Source: Schizochytrium sp. TIO01 (taxonomy: Eukaryota > Protista > Bigyra: Labyrinthulomycetes). From it: a stretch of 64,000 nt of DNA. The notes beneath the pieces are model-generated. The model searched no databases. It was not told the DNA's origin and saw only the letters and a list, made by a program, of their open reading frames with translations. The DNA is taken from assembly GCA_004764695.1 (NCBI GenBank), contig SMSO01000014.1:1855648-1919647 (forward strand). The letters are read 5' to 3'. Within the stretch, counting starts at the first letter, position 1. Each line of letters opens with the position of its first letter. This document shows, piece by piece, positions 57,174-64,000 of this stretch. The position numbers and the translations under genes are program-made.

Positions 57174-58511
57174 ATGTCTGACTACGATTCAGACGGAGGG
57201 GACCCGGAGCGTGAGGCTAACCAATTCTCGTTGAAGCAAGATGGTGAGCTTTCAGCACCAGTCTCAAAAGACAGTACACACTCGAGGACTTCGACATCAG
57301 CTCTTTCACCTTCATTCTCGCCCACTACCCAGGGAGCTACTTTAATTGCTGTGGAGGATCAACCAATGCCTTTCGTGGATGCATTAAATGAAGATCTTCT
57401 TACTGTGGATAATGCAATTGAAGACGATTCCGCACCAGTGTCTTCAGTGAGAATAGCAGCCGAGCGAATTCATCGTTGGCTGGTGAAATCGCAAGCTGCC
57501 AGGCGCATGGAACTCAACAAATTAGTTCTCGCTAGCACAGCGCGATCTTGGATGGAGCAAGTCGAACGCATTTGGATTTCAATTCTCCGTGTAGGTCTTG
57601 TGGGGCGCCATATGCTTGACACGCCTTTGTTGAGATCAGTGACAAGAGCAATTACAGATCTTACAACAGTTTCTACCACGGAACAGATGAGTCGATTTGC
57701 CATGCGCCAAGATGATGGTGCAGCGGATTTCATCTGTTTCACATTGCAATCCTACCCTCAGGATCGTGTATTGCAGCGCGAGGGGCTGAGAGCTGCGACG
57801 AACTTGGCATGCCTTGAACCAGTGCGTACATTTATGGCAACAAAGGGATGTTATAGGTTCGCAGCACTGGCACTGCGCAACGAAGCACTCAACGACGACC
57901 GATTCCTCGTTGAGGCTGCGTTGGGGGCTGTTGCAAATCTTGCTCATGAGTTTGCAACCCAACCTGCTGCCAATCTTGACCCAAGCATGGAATGCTCTAG
58001 TCGACTTACAGAAGAGGAGTTCTGCATAGCGGTGGACGCCATTCTGGCCAACATGTACACATACGCATTGACAGCTTCAGTGCAAGCACGTGCGCTTAAT
58101 GCACTAGCAAACACAATGTTGGCATGCCCTGGGTGTGGTTGGGAGTATGAAATTTTCGTGAAACGGGTCTTAGGTTCTGTTCGTAACTTTTCGGAAACGT
58201 TAAATATCGTTCAATATGGCCTTATGTGTGTCGTTAATGGGATACGCGCAGAAGCACGTCGGCTTGTGGATCGGCAAGTTGAAAGTAAGCATCTATCTTC
58301 GAGCACTCTGCCGTATCCAGAAGGGGGGGGATATTCTAAGTCTTCCCTACCAGAGTTGCTATTGGTTCGGCTTTTTTATGAGAGTGGATGTTTGATCACT
58401 GTCAAGCAGGCTTCATGGACATTTGATGTAGATAGCACTGTAGAGATCTGGAGTCGCGAGGCGCAAAGCCTGCTTTCCTCAGAGGTTGCACAGTCTCATT
58501 GTAAACGGTGA
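57174..58511 (+). CDS. Armadillo-type repeat protein, function unknown
   Basis: First ATG 57174 (ORF track start at 57117 is GTG). ARM-like helices VLQREGLRAATNLA, LVEAALGAVANLA, VQARALNALAN; disordered S/D-rich N-terminus; IQ-like AAERIHRWL. Confidence 0.65.
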   Translation: MSDYDSDGGDPEREANQFSLKQDGELSAPVSKDSTHSRTSTSALSPSFSPTTQGATLIAVEDQPMPFVDALNEDLLTVDNAIEDDSAPVSSVRIAAERIHRWLVKSQAARRMELNKLVLASTARSWMEQVERIWISILRVGLVGRHMLDTPLLRSVTRAITDLTTVSTTEQMSRFAMRQDDGAADFICFTLQSYPQDRVLQREGLRAATNLACLEPVRTFMATKGCYRFAALALRNEALNDDRFLVEAALGAVANLAHEFATQPAANLDPSMECSSRLTEEEFCIAVDAILANMYTYALTASVQARALNALANTMLACPGCGWEYEIFVKRVLGSVRNFSETLNIVQYGLMCVVNGIRAEARRLVDRQVESKHLSSSTLPYPEGGGYSKSSLPELLLVRLFYESGCLITVKQASWTFDVDSTVEIWSREAQSLLSSEVAQSHCKR

Positions 58512-58625
58512 GGAGAAATATAGGAACTTTCCCTACGAAAGTCCTCTCTGCTTCAAATTATTGTCACAACAGGACTGAAAAGCATAATTCAGGGGCAGCC
58601 AAGAGACTACCATTATATGAGCTGA

Positions 58626-59432
58626 TTATTGCAATCGGTATGGGTTACCGCCGAGATCTCTGTCCAATGGCGTCAAAAGTTTGATAAGTATACGTGTGAC
58701 CTCTTCGACGCCAGTACCGGCGAGTCGAAGTACAAAACCATGTTTGTTAGGCAAATCAGCTGTAGAAACGAGAACTGCAGTGCTTTCCTCAATGTCTGCG
58801 GGCGCAGGGAGTGGCTTGATGGCAGCTGTTGCTCGAGGGCCAACGACGGCAACTGTAGCAAATACATTGACAGAGCCCATCTGTTTGGCCATGCCAGACT
58901 CGAATCGCATGTCTTCAATCAGTATTGGTTCGTTCCCGATAAAAATTTCTGTGCGGTTGCTGTAAAGGTCCATGTTCCAAAACTCTTCCTCGCGGCCACT
59001 GGTGACCCAATCAATAAATACGAGCGAACCTCCATCCTGTATATGGAATCGCTGGAGCTGCCTGAATCGGGAATCTCTGAAACATGCGACCGCTGCTGGA
59101 GCCAAGACCAAAAGTCCTCCGGGGGCGATGAAGTTCCTAGTTTCCTGATACGAAGTGGCGTTATCCGACTTCTTTTTGTATGACTTCGTCGACGCCTGTG
59201 TTGTCAAAACACATGTTGCATCTGGCCCTGTTCGCGTGGTGAATGCCACAGTATCTCCTGAAACAAAGCCTCCTCCATAAGTGATTGCGTAGACCCATGC
59301 TGCTCCAATTTTGCCTTGGCATGGCAAGAACATAAACCGCAGAGGGTATTTGGCATATCTTGAAGTCACCTCCGACACCGTGCCAACATATTGCACCTCC
59401 AAGTTGCCATCAAAGCTCACCTGTTCGCCCAT
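58626..59432 (-). CDS. ureD: Urease accessory protein UreD
   Basis: YPLRF; YGGGFVSGD; LTTQASTKSYK; FRDSRFRQ.Q.F; DWVTSGR. Confidence 0.92.
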   Translation of the reverse strand: MGEQVSFDGNLEVQYVGTVSEVTSRYAKYPLRFMFLPCQGKIGAAWVYAITYGGGFVSGDTVAFTTRTGPDATCVLTTQASTKSYKKKSDNATSYQETRNFIAPGGLLVLAPAAVACFRDSRFRQLQRFHIQDGGSLVFIDWVTSGREEEFWNMDLYSNRTEIFIGNEPILIEDMRFESGMAKQMGSVNVFATVAVVGPRATAAIKPLPAPADIEESTAVLVSTADLPNKHGFVLRLAGTGVEEVTRILIKLLTPLDRDLGGNPYRLQ

Positions 59433-60903
59433 CGCGGCTCAATGCACAGCTTCCAGACCAAATCTTGTGAAGTCAGGTATCGAGAGTACGCGTATTGAGC
59501 TTTGCTCGCACTCGATCGAGTTGATTATCGATCTCCTAGGTATTTATTTATTCACTCTGATTTGCCAACTCTTCTCTTTTTTAAATTAAAAATTAAAATG
59601 TTCTTATAACTAATTTTATTAAAGTTTAAAACTAGTTATAAGAACACACTAGTAGTAGGCTATAGTGAAGTAAATCAAACTAAAAGCTCTTCGGACAGCA
59701 AGTCATCAACTAAATAACAGACACGGAGTACGGCCTTATGGTTGATTCCTGCGAGAGGGCGGAAAATTGAGCATCCCACTGGAGGGAACAAGATCATTCT
59801 GAGGCAGCGTCTTACAAGCCTTTTCGAAGGATATTTCTGGCTTACATTTCGTCAACATGCCCGAGGTTTCCTTAGCGTGCCATCGCTCTGTGGACAAATG
59901 TAGGTGGGTAGGTACCAATCACAAGGCAATTCCAGCTGTTCTCAGTCTGCTCTTTCGAGGGCTCTGCAGGGCCCTTTGTTTCCACACACTTTTATCACTA
60001 CTGCTGTAGCTCTCTGCTAATTATCTACTGCCATGGGGTGGAGTGTGTGCCATGTTGATTGGCGAATGTCTGAAAATAGTCCGGGCGTGTATCTATCTGA
60101 GCACCTGAAGAGTTGTGTGTGCAAAGCTGTCCAAGATATCTAGAAAGCGAAGCGTGTCTTCTGTCTTGGGCCGGCTCTGAAGAATGCAATGTGTATGAGT
60201 TTGTTTGACTGCAGATACGCGAGCGTCAGAAGAGAGGCGGCGTGGTCACGTGGCGGTGTCCTGGCGCCTCCCTTGTCTTCCCTTTTTGCCAAAGATCGGA
60301 TCTGACAAAGATTTTATTATGACTATGAGTACATAAGTATCACTTTTTGTTCTTCTTCTTTTTTGTTTTGTTTTTAATGATAAAAAAATCAAGCAATCAA
60401 TCGATAAAATAGTTGTAAAAAAGCTAATAAAACAAAAAGCGACAGCCAGATTCGTATGCATGATATGGTTGCTTCAGCTGGATACCTCCGTACGTACCAT
60501 CCTTGATTTAGGATTCGACTGCGACTTTTCCGATATCTTCTTAAGATATAAGAGGTTGTCTTGACGACATGCTTATTATTGCCCACTCGGTTATGTTGAG
60601 CGCGGGAGACACTCTGAGGGGCACACACACATACTCGTAGCTACTTTTTTCTCTTTTATTTCTCAAGTTGAAAGTTCAACTTGAAATGAGAAGAATGAGG
60701 AGTAAAGCCTCGAACATTTGGAAAATCGAACTCGAAAGCAGGTGAGCAACTAAAACGAGCATGAATAACCGGGTATACTTATGTGGCACCAGAAGTCTAA
60801 GCTGCCTACAGAAGTAGCTATCAACATATTCTGTCTTGTTGAAATGAAAGTTTTTAAAATAAAATAACTGTAGATGGTCGTACGTATTTCTTAATTAAAA
60901 AAG

Positions 60904-61100
60904 TAACTTGGAAAATAATGTCGTTCGTGTGGGCTCGCTACGAGCACATACGATTTTGGGGTTGCTGGAGTTGCCGTCGATGACGAGCACGGGGTTGCGG
61001 CCATTATTGTATTCCAAGCTGCTCGTATATGCGTAGTGGTAGTTAAATCTTCGCGGGCCTGGATGGCGGCGACGTTGAGGCGTCTGGTGGCAAAGATCAC
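60904..61100 (-). pseudogene. Frameshifted fragment of an actin-related protein N-terminus (ARP-like)
   Basis: PVLVIDGNSSNPKIVCARSEPTR..LFS aligns without gaps to actin [27 protein letters not shown]. Run of C-ending codons (CTC GTC ATC GAC GGC AAC TCC AGC AAC CCC). One frameshift upstream; the fragment ends in AT-rich sequence. Confidence 0.4.
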
Positions 61101-61209
61101 CTCTCACGATAAATGATGACGGAGCTAGAATAAGATATATATTTATATTTGTATATGGTGATGTCTCCATTTCCACGGAGCTATCGAGACGATGATATAT
61201 GCAGGGGTT

Positions 61210-62004
61210 TCAGGACAAGAAGAGTCTTCGGAAGAGGTTATCATGCGTAGAATGCAAAATATCTCCCAGCACAAATGTCTGGTGTGCGTCCGATATACTG
61301 CGATCCTGATACTTTTGCACAAGGGTCTCTACCCGGGTGCTGAGGTACGCTTGCACGCGAACTGCAGCCATAGGTCCGATCAGCGCAAGACGCTTCGCCG
61401 CGGAGAGCATGTCTCTAAGAGCAATAAATAAGTACATCTTTTGTGCCTTGCGGCACTCTACGCCAAGCAGTGCCATGACCTTTCCAAAGATTGGCGCTAG
61501 TAGACCGCCAGCTTTTCCTGCTGTGACCGCATCCCGCATCGCCTCAACCTGACCATGCGCATTCGCACTCGCAGCCAATCCGGCAGCAGCTACGCGTAGA
61601 AACGCAGCGCCCTGAGCTTTGGAAGCCCTGAGAGCAATTGGATTTGATGCAAGTTGCACTTGGAGCATCTTATCAAGATAAAGCCAATCCTGAGATCCAC
61701 AATGCGCTTCATACACGAACGGCAATTCCAAAGCTGCAAGGGATGTGACCTGCGCGTCAACGAATGTAGGAAGGTCCATGGGCTCATCTCGCGTTGCTGC
61801 AATGTTTCCACGCTTGCCTGCAGCCCATGTTGCTGCTTCACAGTGGCCTCGAGCACCTCCAGGAGCTGCTCGTACGCCTTCTCCAGCTCTTCCCTGAACA
61901 TGACCAGAGGCCGCTGCCGCTTCGAGCCCGATAGAGTGAGCAAAGCCTCCCGTGGGCAGACCGCTGTCCACGATCTGCCACGCCATACACTCTGCATCAC
62001 CCAT
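61210..62004 (-). CDS. ureF: Urease accessory protein UreF
   Basis: WQIVDSGLPTGGFAHSIGLEAA; ASKAQGAAFLR; LRDMLSAAKRL.LIGP; C-terminal HDNLFRRLFLS. Confidence 0.93.
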   Translation of the reverse strand: MGDAECMAWQIVDSGLPTGGFAHSIGLEAAAASGHVQGRAGEGVRAAPGGARGHCEAATWAAGKRGNIAATRDEPMDLPTFVDAQVTSLAALELPFVYEAHCGSQDWLYLDKMLQVQLASNPIALRASKAQGAAFLRVAAAGLAASANAHGQVEAMRDAVTAGKAGGLLAPIFGKVMALLGVECRKAQKMYLFIALRDMLSAAKRLALIGPMAAVRVQAYLSTRVETLVQKYQDRSISDAHQTFVLGDILHSTHDNLFRRLFLS

Positions 62005-63803
62005 GTTGGCTCTTGAAAGGTGCAGTTGCCAATGTGTTGAAGGTGCTCGCCCAATTCGTGATTTGATTTAGATGCCAATTCCCTCATCTCAAATCACCAT
62101 CATTTATAAAGTAATATGTTTTCCGCTCTTTTCATTTATCAGCGCTGTTTCTTTGCATAGAATGACTTTCAAGACTCCGAAGCAAAATATGGTTACTCTT
62201 ACTTTTTTGCAAGAATTAGTATAATTAAAACAATTTAAAAAATAAAATATCAATAGAAATGAATTATCTTATTGCGGAACATGATACTCAGGGGTCTATA
62301 AGCTCATATAAAAGCTTAAGTCAAGGCACCTATATAATAGTTCCTTTTCACGTTGTGACCGGGCTATTTGTAGGTCTGGTTTATATAGCCCAGAGCTTTT
62401 CAGGCGCAAGCAAATCAGTCAGAATCGAACAACTAACCTTCCTACCTACCTAAAATATTTTTCATTACCATCCGGATAATGCGGTGCTTATAGTGACAAG
62501 ACAAGGAGTGAGCAACCCTGCGCAACGCAATTTTATTTAATCCAAAGTCTTGGGTTTGAGAAATGTGAGCTTACATGCGCGGCACGGAAGACGAGATGGA
62601 GTAGGCAGGGTCTCGCAGTAGCAACCCACAAGAACAACACTGAGCATGGAATGGGTGGTCCTGAAGAGCACACGGTTGTTTAGCCTTATGTTGTATTGAA
62701 TGTTGTTGAAAAATGCCGAGGCCATCGCAACAAAAACGATACAACTTGCCATGAAGAAGTGTCCCTCTGTGGCTATCTGACAGGTGTTGCTTATAGACAC
62801 TCGAGCACATAGACTAATATGTTAAAGGCCCATATTCAATTTAATAGGTTGTTATGAAGAAGCTTATTTTGCGTGAGCCATGAGGATCACTCACAGAGAA
62901 TCACTAAATTCAATATGAGTGAGAGGTTTGCACCAATGCTATGAAGAGCACAAATAGAAGTCTTTCATATCTCTATGTGGGTAAAACATCGTTCTTGGCG
63001 CGAGGCTAGAGTTTCAAATTTATAATCGAGACAATTCGCCTGCACTGTGTCGTTCCCCTCAGTCCAGCACCTTTTGGGGGCGTCCTTTACCTTCAAACTT
63101 ACTCAAAAGCATTTGTATATTTTCACAATGAATAATAGACGCTTGTAACCTCTATCTCTCGCTTTGGAACGACCAGGAAGAATAATTCGTATCTATCGAA
63201 TTTCCAAACTATGTCCCGAGTATTACTGAGTGGCGGAAATATATATAGAATAATTAGCTACTACTTTGTGCCCGTTCTGATTCTACGCATTCGTACAATT
63301 CCTGTACATGGCATGCCCACGCAGTTCCGCTTGATTTTATGTACACTTAAGCAAGTCTTTACATTAGCTCGCGACCCTTCAAATACTTATCAACTAATCC
63401 TTAGATAATCGCTTTCAGGCAAAAATAGAATATGATCACCAAAACGTAAACCATAATTTCTTCATGTCAAGCAACCGATCTACTGATTTTCAACAACCAT
63501 CCATTCGTGCGGCAGAAAAGGAGGTTCATCATACTCTAGACTTCTACCTCTCAGCAAAATGTGACCCTATATAATATCCTTTCTTTTCTTTCTTCATGTG
63601 TGCACAACTTGACCTCTTTTCTAATAACAAGCAGAGGTGAACCAGCACAACTTTTGCCAAGCAAGCACCATTCTCAGAAGACTTTTCGAGGCAGAATCAG
63701 TTCGCCTCTAGAGGGTTAAGGTGTATCGCAGTGCCAATCCGCGCACAAACCACTACAATCTCCATCCTCGGTTCGTTGGCTCAGCACTGTGACTAGAGGC
63801 GCC

Positions 63804-64000
63804 ATGGACTCGGCAGATAAACCTAGTGTAGCATGGATGGTCTATGCGGTACTTGCGGTCGCAGGCACAGTCCTCTCACAGTACTGCCTTTACGCGTGGC
63901 TTGAGGAGGACAAAAAAGCCATAGCATCCGGGAGCCCATCCGATCTTTTGTCAGTCTTTACGAGATTTTTTAATGACACCGTGAGCAACTACATGGGTGT
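63804..64000 (+). CDS. 5' part of a small membrane protein (DUF2834-like), truncated by the window end
   Basis: gccATGG context; MDSADKPSVAWMVYAVLAVAGTVLSQYCLYAWL...VFTRFFNDTVSNYMG stays open to the window edge. Y..LA.AG.VL and FF.D..N resemble DUF2834. Confidence 0.55.
   Translation, partial: MDSADKPSVAWMVYAVLAVAGTVLSQYCLYAWLEEDKKAIASGSPSDLLSVFTRFFNDTVSNYMG

Noticed and set aside
59433-61209. Possible ureG between ureF and ureD, as in the bacterial F-G-D order
   Set aside because: No GPVGSGKT P-loop or CPH motif seen in the frames inspected.
62780-62825. VLLIDTRAHRLIC on the plus strand, resembling a retroviral-type protease motif (DTGA)
   Set aside because: Single short motif without convincing flanking gag or integrase remnants.
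1-64000. CRISPR arrays, rRNA, telomeric repeats, intact transposons or LTR pairs
   Set aside because: No repeat-spacer structure, rRNA-like sequence, telomere arrays, long direct or inverted terminal repeats, or intact pol/transposase ORF seen by eye.

Overview
Eukaryotic genomic DNA with intron-poor genes and microsatellite-rich, AT-patchy intergenic sequence. The style suggests a thraustochytrid/labyrinthulomycete-type stramenopile protist (inference only). There are two regimes. (i) 1-21.6 kb and ~29.3-35.5 kb carry no intact gene; they hold simple repeats and several heavily decayed LTR-retrotransposon relics (Ty1/copia gag-PR-IN and Ty3/gypsy RT-RNaseH motifs, recognised by eye). (ii) The rest is gene-rich: a ~1780-aa TRP-type cation channel, a spliced sideroflexin-like membrane protein, a folate-receptor-family protein, an F-box/JmjC dioxygenase, a signal-peptide-bearing NAD(P)-binding protein, a TDA3-like FAD oxidoreductase, TAF2, Nup205/Nup192, an ARM-repeat protein, ureD, ureF and a truncated small membrane protein. 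The best candidate for a novel system is the TRP channel, which carries two tandem Nudix-like domains plus ankyrin repeats at its N-terminus, a layout different from TRPM2. Also notable: Nup205 with an N-terminal GLFG/FG tract, the adjacent ureF-ureD pair, a 36-aa UreF insert that looks like coding DNA captured out of frame, and small pseudogene fragments (actin/ARP-like, amino-acid-transporter-like). All family calls come from motif recognition; no database search was run.
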